DNA of 26,506 nucleotides from a plasmid: sequence record NZ_CP017202.2; one strand, 5' to 3'. Shown piece by piece: positions 1 to 9,299 of this stretch (position 1 is its first letter; each line of letters starts with the position of its first letter). The notes under the pieces were generated by a model. It saw only the letters and a program-made list of their open reading frames with translations, ran no database searches and was not told where the DNA came from. The position numbers and the translations under genes were made by a program.

Positions 1-45
1 TTTAAAACTTTTCTATTGGATAGATTTTATACAAAGAAGGTAATA

Positions 46-324
46 ATGTATAAACAACAATATTTTATTTCTGGCAAGGTACAAGGTGTTGGTTTTAGAT
101 TTTTTACAGAGCAAATAGCAAATAATATGAAACTAAAAGGATTTGTAAAAAATCTCAACGATGGAAGGGTAGAAATTGTAGCTTTCTTTAATACTAAAGA
201 ACAAATGAAAAAATTTGAAAAATTATTAAATGGGAATAAGTATTCAAACATTGAAAACATTGAAAAAATAGTTTTAGATGAAAATTATCCTTTTCAATTT
301 AATGATTTTAAAATTTATTATTAG
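46..324 (+). CDS. Acylphosphatase (BBB01-like). The given ORF starts at a TTG at 16; the ATG at 46 with an AAGAAGG RBS at 34-40 is the more likely start
   Basis: The translation carries the acylphosphatase signature [10 protein letters not shown] near the N-terminus and is ~90 aa long. The RBS lies 5 nt upstream of the ATG at 46. Confidence 0.8.
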   Translation: MYKQQYFISGKVQGVGFRFFTEQIANNMKLKGFVKNLNDGRVEIVAFFNTKEQMKKFEKLLNGNKYSNIENIEKIVLDENYPFQFNDFKIYY

Positions 325-751
325 GACTTGCCTCTCGTTTAACAAGTACCTTAACCTTATTTTTTGGTTTAATATTGTGCACATAAAAATTGTTATTCTT
401 AGAGCAAGACACACTAGTTCTAAAAAAATGTTCGACTTTAAATTTCAAAAACTCTAAAGACTTTCTGTTTCTACAAAAAATATTCAAATTGCCATCAGAG
501 AATTTAATATCAAGCCCACAATTACAACTTGTTTTTAAAAAACTGCACGAAATAAAACTACCATTTGAACTATTCCTATTAAAAAGAATAAAATATTTTT
601 TACCTCTTTTGGAGTCTTTAAAATAAATTCTAAGCCATTCTCCTGCTGGCTTAACTGAAGCCAATCTATCATAAAGATAAGAAATGTAAATCGTTCTATT
701 GTCATTAGATTTTAAAATTTTTTTAAAAAAATAATGAGGACCTATTTTCAT
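308..751 (-). CDS. Hypothetical protein (BBB02-like), 147 aa, Cys-rich and basic
   Basis: Longest ORF in this interval and position is consistent with cp26 gene order. No motif recognised. An antisense ORF at 390-626 is probably a shadow ORF. Confidence 0.45.
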   Translation of the reverse strand: MKIGPHYFFKKILKSNDNRTIYISYLYDRLASVKPAGEWLRIYFKDSKRGKKYFILFNRNSSNGSFISCSFLKTSCNCGLDIKFSDGNLNIFCRNRKSLEFLKFKVEHFFRTSVSCSKNNNFYVHNIKPKNKVKVLVKREASPNNKF

Positions 752-836
752 ACAAATTATATAATATCTTATTAATAAAATATTTCCTAATATTTCCCAA
801 ATATATTGATAATGCCTGAATTTAAAAAAACAAAAA

Positions 837-2186
837 CTATAGCTTATAATTAAAAATTATTGATAAGTATTCTGTAAGTTTTATATAGTTATAATTGTAT
901 CCATATGTGGCTTTAAAAGCTTTGCGAATTTTAACATTCAATCCTCTAACCATTGCCAAAGTTTCTAAATTATCCTTTAACATCAAATTTTTAATTACAA
1001 TCAACGTTTTAATATAATTATCATCAAATATATGATGTTCTTTTATCAAACTTTCTAAACGATCCATTGTAAGAGTAGAATAAGTAGCTTTACGTCTAAC
1101 ATATGTATAAATTCTTTGATTAAGCAATGTTAATAAGCTATTATCTGCCTTATCGTCTAAATTATCTAAAACATACCGATTATAATGAAAGGCCGTTGTT
1201 ATGTCATTTGGCTCGTGCCCCAAAACTTTTGTTATCCAATAATTCATTTCCATGTTTTTAGGCGCAAATGCAAGATAAGAAAATTTACAATAAATTGCTC
1301 TGCAAAAATAGACAGACTCTTCGGGAGCAAAAATATTATTAAAAATTTGACGAAACAATCTATTATAACTGTATGCAAGATTAGAAGAGATTATCTCTTT
1401 AGTAAGATTCTCAGTCTGCTCCATATAGCGTATTTCTTTTATGGAATTAATTATTAATTCGGGATCTGCAAAAACTGGAAAAACAACTTCATTAACAATA
1501 TTATTTTCTCGCTTTTTTGCAATAAACTCCATACGAATATGATTTTTATCTGCGATATAAAATTGTGAAAGCTTCATTACTTCAACAGGACGACGTCCTA
1601 TTGCCATTAAAACTCCATAAAATTTTAATCTAATATCTCGACTTTGATTCAGTAGAAGCTTAATTATTTCAATATAGGTATTTAAATTAATTTTAACAAA
1701 TATCTGCTCTTTCCTATAACTATTAATTTTTTCAATTTTATATTTATGAGCATAATCATTTAACCATTTTGGAGTTACAAACAAATCTATAAAATATTGA
1801 AAATAGGACTTCTCATCATTCATTTGATTTGAAAATATCAACTCTTCTATTTTTTTTCGATCTTTAATTCCTATATTTTTTAATTCTTTTATTCTTCTTG
1901 ATTTCCAAAAAAATAAAAAAGTATTATCTCTTCTAATCCTTTCAATTACTGAAAGATTAATATATTCTTTAATTATTTTACGAGTCTTTGAAAGATTTAA
2001 AATTATTGAACGATTTGTAAATTTATCTTTTCTAAAAAGAATAGCTTTGTGATTCTCTGCAAGAATTTTTAGTTTTTCTTTCAATTTTAAATATGAAAGC
2101 TCGTTATTGAGATATTTTTTATATAGAATTTCTAATTCTTTTCTAAATATTTCAAAATCATTTTTTATCTTCACTTTTGGAGGCAT
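837..2186 (-). CDS. resT: Telomere resolvase ResT (449 aa)
   Basis: 449-aa ORF lying between the acylphosphatase and chbC, as on cp26. Length and context match ResT. The catalytic Tyr/recombinase-like motif could not be verified without an alignment. Confidence 0.8.
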   Translation of the reverse strand: MPPKVKIKNDFEIFRKELEILYKKYLNNELSYLKLKEKLKILAENHKAILFRKDKFTNRSIILNLSKTRKIIKEYINLSVIERIRRDNTFLFFWKSRRIKELKNIGIKDRKKIEELIFSNQMNDEKSYFQYFIDLFVTPKWLNDYAHKYKIEKINSYRKEQIFVKINLNTYIEIIKLLLNQSRDIRLKFYGVLMAIGRRPVEVMKLSQFYIADKNHIRMEFIAKKRENNIVNEVVFPVFADPELIINSIKEIRYMEQTENLTKEIISSNLAYSYNRLFRQIFNNIFAPEESVYFCRAIYCKFSYLAFAPKNMEMNYWITKVLGHEPNDITTAFHYNRYVLDNLDDKADNSLLTLLNQRIYTYVRRKATYSTLTMDRLESLIKEHHIFDDNYIKTLIVIKNLMLKDNLETLAMVRGLNVKIRKAFKATYGYNYNYIKLTEYLSIIFNYKL

Positions 2187-2393
2187 ATTAATTCAATTAT
2201 ACCAAGTTTAAAATCTTTAGCTAAGTAAAAAATTTCTGATTTTAAAAAAATATGCTTATATATTAAATTAAATTATATAATATGTACTAGGATGCATAAT
2301 AAACCAAAGAAATATTCTATTCACACCGATAAATCTTTTTATTAATTTAAATCATAAAATAATAAACTTCGAATTTTAAATAAATTCTTTTAT

Positions 2394-2425
2394 TTCCTAA
2401 AAAAAGAGCTATTTATAATAGCTCT
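2394..2425 (-). terminator. Rho-independent terminator downstream of chbC (minus strand)
   Basis: AGAGCTAT-TTATA-ATAGCTCT hairpin at 2405-2425. It is preceded on the plus strand by an A7 run, which is a U-run on the minus strand, and sits 50 nt past the chbC stop. Confidence 0.6.
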
Positions 2426-2474
2426 CTAATATTGTGTATCACAAGTTTTGTAATAGCATTTCCAAAAAAATTTC

Positions 2475-3806
2475 CTATTCCTTTTCCTGCAAAAGTAGCG
2501 CCTTATCATACGCTTTAATAAAGGGTAAATACATAAATACTGAAATAATCAATAATAATAAAACCAGAACAAACGATTTAATATCAAGCCCTGTAGAAAA
2601 AAAAGCTGCAATAGGAGCAGGGGTTGTCCATGGAACCAGAGTTCTAACCCTTTCAATAATTCCAAAATTAGTAAGAGTATATGAAACAATTATATTAAAT
2701 ATAGGGATAAGTAAAAAAGGAATACCTAATATAGGATTTAAAACTATTGGTGCACCGAACATAATAGGTTCATTAATATTAAAAAGACCAGGTGCAAATG
2801 AAAGTCTACCTATAGCCTTTAGATGTTGGGATTTACTAAGCATCATAGCAATAGCAAGCCCTAGGGTTGCGCCAGCACCACCAATATACACAAATGAATC
2901 AAGAAATCCCCCTGCTAAAATATGAGGAAGTGGAAGATTGTCAGAAAGAGCCCTAATATTAGAATCAAGATTTGACAAAATTATAGGATTAAGAAGAGCA
3001 ATAATAACATTGGTACCATGAAGACCACAAAACCATAATATATGAACAATAAAAGAAATTGTTAAAGTCCCAACTAAAGTATCGCTAATTTGCAAAACAG
3101 GCCTAAACATGCTCATAATTATTTCGGGGAAAAGGCTTCCCAAAGAACTTTGAATAGCAATATTAACACTTTGAGCTACAATTGAAAGTACAAGAACAGG
3201 AATTAAAGCTTCAAAAGATTTTAAAACAGCAGGCGGAACAGACTCTGGGAGCTTAATTGCCATATTTTTTTGAACTAAAAATTTATAAACCTCAACAGAA
3301 AAAATAGCAGCAATAATAGCCGTAAATACTCCTTGAGCACTAAAATATCTTGCATCAATTACAGGAAACCATGAATTGGGCTGAATTCCCCATTTAGCAG
3401 CATCTCCACCGTAAGGTATCCAGTCTGATTGTCCAGCTAAAATTAAAAATGTATAAAGAGATAAAAATCCTCCTGTAATACCACTAAGTTTATAATGATT
3501 AGATAAGTTATAACCAATACCAAAAACAACAAATATAGACATAATACCCATACTTACATAAAATGGCTGAACAAGATTTCCTTTATATTTAGCCATTAAA
3601 TCAACATACCACTGTTGGTATAACAATGTTTGAGAATCTGTAAAGGGCAAATTAACTAAAAGTAAAATAAAAGAACCAACTATCAAAAAGGGCATAGAAA
3701 AAGTAAAGCCATCTCTTAAAGCAATTAAATATCTATTTGAACCAATTTTGCTAGCAACAGGAACTAAAGTCGTTTCAATAAAATCTTGAAAATTCATGAA
3801 AACCAT
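2475..3806 (-). CDS. chbC: PTS chitobiose/cellobiose transporter, EIIC component
   Basis: 443-aa polytopic membrane protein rich in Gly/Pro loops typical of the lactose/cellobiose EIIC family. It lies divergently adjacent to chbA and chbB. Confidence 0.85.
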   Translation of the reverse strand: MVFMNFQDFIETTLVPVASKIGSNRYLIALRDGFTFSMPFLIVGSFILLLVNLPFTDSQTLLYQQWYVDLMAKYKGNLVQPFYVSMGIMSIFVVFGIGYNLSNHYKLSGITGGFLSLYTFLILAGQSDWIPYGGDAAKWGIQPNSWFPVIDARYFSAQGVFTAIIAAIFSVEVYKFLVQKNMAIKLPESVPPAVLKSFEALIPVLVLSIVAQSVNIAIQSSLGSLFPEIIMSMFRPVLQISDTLVGTLTISFIVHILWFCGLHGTNVIIALLNPIILSNLDSNIRALSDNLPLPHILAGGFLDSFVYIGGAGATLGLAIAMMLSKSQHLKAIGRLSFAPGLFNINEPIMFGAPIVLNPILGIPFLLIPIFNIIVSYTLTNFGIIERVRTLVPWTTPAPIAAFFSTGLDIKSFVLVLLLLIISVFMYLPFIKAYDKALLLQEKE

Positions 3807-3810
3807 CCTC

Positions 3811-3931
3811 CAATAAAAACTAATTAAAAGTTATAATTAATAACTTACAATATTTATTATAATATAATTTATCTCTCAATAAAAACTAATTAAAAGTTAT
3901 AATTAATGACTTACAATATTTATAATAATAT
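3811..3931. repeat. Imperfect tandem direct repeat (~55 bp x2, 66-bp period) in the chbC/chbA divergent promoter region
   Basis: 3811-3866 CAATAAAAACTAATTAAAAGTTATAATTAATAACTTACAATATTTATTATAATAT versus 3877-3931 CAATAAAAACTAATTAAAAGTTATAATTAATGACTTACAATATTTATAATAATAT. There are 2-3 differences. A TGcTATAAT extended -10-like element follows at 3931-3939. Confidence 0.85.
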
Positions 3932-4082
3932 GCTATAATTAATAGCAATGATAATAAAATCCTTATAAGATATATTTATAATAAAATTATTTATTTTAAA
4001 TATGTCTTATAATATAATATTTGTAAGATATATTAAATAATATTAATTATTGCTTTATAAATAAAAGGAGTATATTTTATAC

Positions 4083-4430
4083 ATGAATAAAAAAATATAT
4101 AGCATAGAAGAATTAATAGACAAAATAAGCATGCCTGTTGTAGCTTACTCTGGTGAGGCTAAAAGCTTTCTAAGAGAAGCTTTAGAATATGCCAAAAACA
4201 AAGAATATGACAAGGCAGAGCTTACTATACAAGAAAGTAAAAAATCCATTGCAAAGGCCCATGAAGCACACAGAGAAATAATACATCAATCAGCCACTAA
4301 TCCAAACTCTGTCAAAACGCCTTTTATTTTAATTCATGCTGAAGATCATTTAATGTCTGCAATTTCAGAATTAAGCATTTTTGAAGAATTAATCAATGTT
4401 TACAAAATAATAAATGAAATAAAAAAATAG
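4083..4430 (+). CDS. chbA: PTS chitobiose EIIA component
   Basis: 115-aa helical protein of the lactose/cellobiose EIIA family, with the conserved His region (HEAHREIIH). An AAAAGGAG RBS lies 11 nt upstream. Confidence 0.8.
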   Translation: MNKKIYSIEELIDKISMPVVAYSGEAKSFLREALEYAKNKEYDKAELTIQESKKSIAKAHEAHREIIHQSATNPNSVKTPFILIHAEDHLMSAISELSIFEELINVYKIINEIKK

Positions 4431-4438
4431 GAGAAAAT

Positions 4439-4756
4439 ATGAACATACTACTTGTATGTGGAGCTGGGATGTCCACAAGTATGCTGGTACAAAGAATTGA
4501 AAAATATGCCAAATCAAAAAATATAAATGCAACAATTGAAGCTATTGCTGAGACACGCCTTAGCGAAGTTGTTGACCGATTTGACGTTGTTTTACTTGCA
4601 CCACAGTCAAGATTTAATAAAAAAAGACTTGAAGAAATCACAAAACCCAAAGGAATTCCAATCGAAATAATTAACACAATCGATTATGGAACAATGAATG
4701 GCGAAAAAGTATTACAACTTGCAATCAATGCATTTAACAATAAAAGTTCTGTTTAA
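4439..4756 (+). CDS. chbB: PTS chitobiose EIIB component
   Basis: N-terminal MNILLVCGAGMSTSML signature (phosphorylatable Cys) of lactose/cellobiose EIIB. A GGAG RBS is present and the gene starts 9 nt after chbA. Confidence 0.85.
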   Translation: MNILLVCGAGMSTSMLVQRIEKYAKSKNINATIEAIAETRLSEVVDRFDVVLLAPQSRFNKKRLEEITKPKGIPIEIINTIDYGTMNGEKVLQLAINAFNNKSSV

Positions 4757-4767
4757 GGAAGGCTAAA

Positions 4768-5865
4768 ATGAAAGAAATTGGAATATCCATATACCCCAAT
4801 GTAAGTCCTAAAAATAAAATTATTGAATATCTCGAGAAAAGTGCTCATTTTGGATTTACTCAAGTATTTACCTCTTTGCTCTATATTAACGGAAATGAAT
4901 TTGACATATTCAAAGAATTACTTAGCATTGCAAATAAAAACGAAATGAAACCTATTATTGACGTAAGTCCTGAAATTTTCAAAGAATTAGGCATCGATCT
5001 TTCAAATCTTAGAAATTGTCCAAAACTAGATTATTTTAAAAAGCTTGGCGCCTGGGCAATTAGATTAGACAATACATTCACAGGCATTGAAGAATCATTA
5101 ATGACTTTTAACGACTCTGACCTTAAAATTCAACTTAATATAAGCAATATAAATAAACATATTGATACAATAATGTATTTTAAGCCTAATATAAAAAATT
5201 TACTTGGGTGTCATAATTTTTATCCTCACAAATATACAGGACTTTCAAGAAATTTCTTTAAAGAAACAACAAAAATATTTAAACATTACTCAATCCCAAC
5301 AGCCGCATTTATTAGCTCTAATAATGCAGAAGAATGCGCACGAGGGAAAGAAAAAGAAGGTGTTCCTACACTAGAATCACATAGATCTAAAGATATAGAA
5401 ACCCAAGCAAAAGATCTTTTCAAAGAAGGAATAGATACAGTCCTAATTTCTAATTGTTTTCCAAGTGAAACAGAACTAAAAAAAGTATCAAAGGTAAACA
5501 GAAATATTTTAGAGCTCAAAGCAGACCTAAATCCAAATGCAACTTCAGTAGAAAAAGAAATAATCCTTGAAAATTTACATTTTAATAGAGGAGATATTAA
5601 TTCCTATAGAATTCGATCAACTATGCCAAGAGTGTACTACAATAATAAAAAATTTCCTGTACATTCTCCAAATGAAATTAAAAAAGGAGACATCCTAATA
5701 GATTCTTCAGAATACTTAGGTTATACAGGAGAACTTCAAATAGCACTAAAAGATACCCCCAATAATGGTTTTGTAAACGTAGTTGGGAAAATAATCAATG
5801 ATGAAATATATCTACTTGAAAAAATAGAGCCTTGGGAAAAATTCAAAATAATAGAAAATAAATAA
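4768..5865 (+). CDS. DUF871-family protein (BBB07-like; historically annotated as an outer surface/integrin-binding protein), co-operonic with chbAB
   Basis: 365 aa. N-terminus MKEIGISIYP... has no hydrophobic signal peptide or lipobox. The start is 12 nt after the chbB stop and has an AAGGAAGG RBS. The GISIYP start is characteristic of DUF871. Confidence 0.7.
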   Translation: MKEIGISIYPNVSPKNKIIEYLEKSAHFGFTQVFTSLLYINGNEFDIFKELLSIANKNEMKPIIDVSPEIFKELGIDLSNLRNCPKLDYFKKLGAWAIRLDNTFTGIEESLMTFNDSDLKIQLNISNINKHIDTIMYFKPNIKNLLGCHNFYPHKYTGLSRNFFKETTKIFKHYSIPTAAFISSNNAEECARGKEKEGVPTLESHRSKDIETQAKDLFKEGIDTVLISNCFPSETELKKVSKVNRNILELKADLNPNATSVEKEIILENLHFNRGDINSYRIRSTMPRVYYNNKKFPVHSPNEIKKGDILIDSSEYLGYTGELQIALKDTPNNGFVNVVGKIINDEIYLLEKIEPWEKFKIIENK

Positions 5866-5886
5866 ATGCCCTAATAAAAAGTTTAT

Positions 5887-6516
5887 TTATTGTAAAAATT
5901 TTTCAATTGCTTTAAGGACATAATAATAAACAGTAATGTAAGACTCTCTTAAATCAAAATTTTTAGAACTATCAAGAAAATACATAAATTCATTGGTAGA
6001 AGAATTAAGATCCTCAATATCATTTTTAAGTTCAAAATCCCGATTAATAGACTTTATATCATCCAAATTAAAAATAATAGTGGTAAAATTCTGAATATTA
6101 TTATTGATGCTATTTTTAAAAGAAATTTTTTTGTAAAAACTATTAATACCGCTAAATTCAGGTTCATTTGAATTTAAATTAGAAATTGTTAATTTAAATT
6201 TACGATCAAAAAAAATGCCAAAATCATAGGTTACTGGGCTTGCTTTTTTAGAACTTAAAGCCAATTTCATTATAATATTATTGCTAAATTTATCTAAAAT
6301 AAAAAAATAAGAATAATAATTAATATCTTTAATAGAATCAAAGTAATTCTTAGTATGAGTGCCGGTTTTAAATTTACCATCTCCTAACGATTCATATAAA
6401 TCAATCTCAATTTTTATTACCTCATCTAAAGGTCTAATAAAAATTGAAGAAACGCTAGTATTACATGAAAACAAAAAAATAATAACGGAGAAAATAAAAT
6501 TAAACTTTTTTTTCAT
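5887..6516 (-). CDS. Putative lipoprotein (BBB08-like)
   Basis: N-terminus MKKKFNFIFSVIIFLFSC with a lipobox L-F-S-C. 209 aa. Confidence 0.65.
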   Translation of the reverse strand: MKKKFNFIFSVIIFLFSCNTSVSSIFIRPLDEVIKIEIDLYESLGDGKFKTGTHTKNYFDSIKDINYYSYFFILDKFSNNIIMKLALSSKKASPVTYDFGIFFDRKFKLTISNLNSNEPEFSGINSFYKKISFKNSINNNIQNFTTIIFNLDDIKSINRDFELKNDIEDLNSSTNEFMYFLDSSKNFDLRESYITVYYYVLKAIEKFLQ

Positions 6517-6676
6517 TTAAAATTTCTCATTAAATATTACTAAAATATATTATTATTAATGAAAAGCTTACGTAAAAAGTATAACAAATTCTTCAATAAT
6601 TAAAATCAAAAAGAATACAATTATTGCACTAGAATTAAATTTATACAATTATATAGAATTACTTAAGGAACAAAAA

Positions 6677-7714
6677 ATGAAATACCTTAAAAACATTTCC
6701 TTATTTTTGTTAATTTTGGGTTGCAAATCCATCCCAAATGGTAATTTCAATCTACACGATACAAACCATAAATTAGGAAAACTAAAATTTCAAGAAGACT
6801 CGATAATAAGCAGAAATTATGATAATAAAATATCCATTGTGGGAGTATACAACCCTTTAACAGAAAAAGAAAATTTTAAAGTCAATATTTTCATCAAAAA
6901 AAAAGGATTACAAATAGATCCTGAAAACATTTTGATAAATGAAGAAAAAATTAATTATTCAAAATATAAAGCAGAACTCAAAGTAAAATCTAGCTTTAAT
7001 AAAAGCATTATTAGTATTTCACTAACTAATTCAAGAGATCTATTAACCTACATTTACGATAAAAGCACAGGGAAATACATTAACATTGACTTTAAGGACA
7101 ATTGGAACGTATCACACAGTATAAAATTTAATAAGGAGTATATTTTAGCATATATAACAGATTTTGATAAAGAAATTAAAATATCTAAAAATATTTTGCA
7201 AAAACGTATTGATAATAGAAAAATTGAAATTGAAAAAACAGAGCTTAAAACAGAATATAATGAAATAGAGGATTATTACATCTACAGTATGAAAATTCCA
7301 AAATTATTTGAAAAATCAGACGCTCCCTCTGAAACTTACGAAACATTTGTTATAGCAAATTATTACCCCTGTGAAAATTTAAATATACTGTTTTTGAATT
7401 TAAGCTTATACTCTGATCAATTACGCTTTCTAAACTCTATTTATGATGAGAATGATAGAAAATTAAAAATGGAGCCTCCTGTGAGAGCCTTAAAGAATTC
7501 AAAAACAATAAAAGAAACATTAAATATAGTATTAAGTCCTCAAAAAATAATAGAGCTAGCAAAAAACATTGAAAAAGATATTACTCTAAAATTAAAATCT
7601 TACGGAGAAAAGGGAGAATTCACATTTGAAATATATAAACCACTTCTTTTAAAATTCTTAAAAGAAGTAGATCATTGCATAAAAAATTTGCAATCAAGTA
7701 GGCATAAATTTTAA
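6677..7714 (+). CDS. Putative lipoprotein (BBB09-like), 345 aa
   Basis: N-terminus MKYLKNISLFLLILGC with a lipobox L-I-L-G-C. An AAGGAA RBS is upstream. Confidence 0.65.
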   Translation: MKYLKNISLFLLILGCKSIPNGNFNLHDTNHKLGKLKFQEDSIISRNYDNKISIVGVYNPLTEKENFKVNIFIKKKGLQIDPENILINEEKINYSKYKAELKVKSSFNKSIISISLTNSRDLLTYIYDKSTGKYINIDFKDNWNVSHSIKFNKEYILAYITDFDKEIKISKNILQKRIDNRKIEIEKTELKTEYNEIEDYYIYSMKIPKLFEKSDAPSETYETFVIANYYPCENLNILFLNLSLYSDQLRFLNSIYDENDRKLKMEPPVRALKNSKTIKETLNIVLSPQKIIELAKNIEKDITLKLKSYGEKGEFTFEIYKPLLLKFLKEVDHCIKNLQSSRHKF

Positions 7715-7835
7715 CTTATTGACTCTTACACATTTGAATGCAAATTCACCAACAAAACTTTACTTTTTTAAATAAGTGTATTACTATTAATTTTAGTGCT
7801 TAATGCAATAAAAGATCAAACGATAGGAGCTTAAA

Positions 7836-8765
7836 ATGTATCAAATAAAAACCAACAAGATGCCTTTTAATAAAGTAGTAGACCGAAGATTGAAAATATT
7901 TTGGGTCATCCAAAAACTAAGCGCCAACTACTTCATATCTAAAAAAAAATACTCTCTAAGCAATGTTGTAGCAATGACAAATTCTATATTGGAAAAAAAA
8001 GGATTCAAAAGGGTCACTAAAAGGACGATACAAAATGATATAAAAATTTTTGAAACTTTAGGATTAATTAAAAGTCATTTCAATCCACTTGGAAAAAACA
8101 ATGGAAGTTTTACTTACTATACAATAAATAAAGCCCTTGAAAAATTAGCTAAAAAAATTATCAGTACAGCATATTTTATTGACAAAAAAACAAAACATGA
8201 AAAATCAAAAAATAAGCAACTAAAAAAAATTAAAATAATAGAAGAATCTCAAAAATACAAAATTTCACATCAAATAACTTCACATGTATTAAGTAATAAT
8301 ATAAGTAAAAAATATAAGAATTCTAAATATTCTTTTAGAAGAAAAAATCAAAACATAAAAAAAACTATAAATTTCTTAGAAAAAGAAATAAAAAAAAAAT
8401 CAAAATCAATAAATCTAGAAGAAATAAAAAAAATAACAGAAAACGACATAACTTATAAAAATTCATTATGGAACTTAAAAGATTTTATGGAAGAATTAAA
8501 AGAATATGAAGAAAAAAAAATTATAAAATTTTATAAAAAAAATCTAGAAAAAAAGAAACAAAAAATATGGTTCATGGCAAAAAAATTCAAAAATACAGAC
8601 TTTGATAAACTAATAAAAGAATTTAAAATTAAAAACAAAATGGAAAGAGAAAAAAATTATGAAAACGGGAAACAAATACATACATCAAATAACATAAAAA
8701 ATGCTATTGTATTAATGAAGACTTTAATAAAAAAACAAAAATATGAAAAAAAAATTAAAAAGTAA
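7836..8765 (+). CDS. Plasmid replication protein, Borrelia PF57/62 family (BBB10-like)
   Basis: 309 aa and very Lys-rich. It is the first gene of the four-gene paralogous-family cassette that ends with ParA and PF49. A GGAG RBS is upstream. Confidence 0.7.
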   Translation: MYQIKTNKMPFNKVVDRRLKIFWVIQKLSANYFISKKKYSLSNVVAMTNSILEKKGFKRVTKRTIQNDIKIFETLGLIKSHFNPLGKNNGSFTYYTINKALEKLAKKIISTAYFIDKKTKHEKSKNKQLKKIKIIEESQKYKISHQITSHVLSNNISKKYKNSKYSFRRKNQNIKKTINFLEKEIKKKSKSINLEEIKKITENDITYKNSLWNLKDFMEELKEYEEKKIIKFYKKNLEKKKQKIWFMAKKFKNTDFDKLIKEFKIKNKMEREKNYENGKQIHTSNNIKNAIVLMKTLIKKQKYEKKIKK

Positions 8766-8780
8766 AGCAAAAATAATATA

Positions 8781-9299
8781 ATGAAAAATAAAGAAACAAA
8801 AAAAAATTTTTTCAACAAAATTGAAAAATTAGAAAACAAAATTATTTATCACACAAAGATCTTTAGCATAATAAATAATTTTGAAGCAAAACCCAAAAAA
8901 GGAAAATTTTGGTTATGTCTGAGAAATATATTTAATAATAAAAAATACGAAAGTTTTCATTTATTTTCAGTAAAAGAAAACGATAAATTTTTAGGAATTT
9001 TTTATGGTTTTAAAAACCTACCAAGACCATTTGTTATAAATTATTCAGAAAAAGGAACAAAAAAAACAATAAGATTAAAAAAAATATTTTATATGGAATT
9101 CAAATTTAAAAAAGGAAGCGTTTTTTGTTATTTAAGAAGCTTATACATATTCACCAAGATAAAAAATAAAAATAAACTTTTTTATAAATCTCTTTTAGAA
9201 AGAACTCTAAAAATTGAAGAAGAAATACATAAATTTTATGGTAAAAAATATGAAAGTAATAAAGGAATAGTAAATTGGATAAAAAAAACACAAAAATAA
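8781..9299 (+). CDS. Borrelia PF50 plasmid maintenance protein (BBB11-like)
   Basis: 172-aa basic protein lying between PF57/62 and ParA. It overlaps the parA start by 25 nt. Confidence 0.65.
   Translation: MKNKETKKNFFNKIEKLENKIIYHTKIFSIINNFEAKPKKGKFWLCLRNIFNNKKYESFHLFSVKENDKFLGIFYGFKNLPRPFVINYSEKGTKKTIRLKKIFYMEFKFKKGSVFCYLRSLYIFTKIKNKNKLFYKSLLERTLKIEEEIHKFYGKKYESNKGIVNWIKKTQK

Noticed and set aside
390-626. 78-aa plus-strand ORF opposite the BBB02-like gene
   Set aside because: Only one of the two overlapping ORFs is likely real. The minus-strand ORF is longer and fits the known gene order. Neither could be confirmed by a motif, so this interval is low confidence either way.
1185-1457. 90-aa plus-strand ORF inside resT
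   Set aside because: Antisense shadow ORF wholly inside a well-supported gene, in AT-rich sequence. It has no RBS and no recognisable motif.
8657-8839. 60-aa minus-strand ORF overlapping the PF57/62-PF50 junction, plus similar ORFs at 9151-9363 and 9430-9618
   Set aside because: Low-complexity Phe/Leu/Ile-rich translations of the poly-A/T coding strand complement. They lack an RBS, so I treat them as noise.
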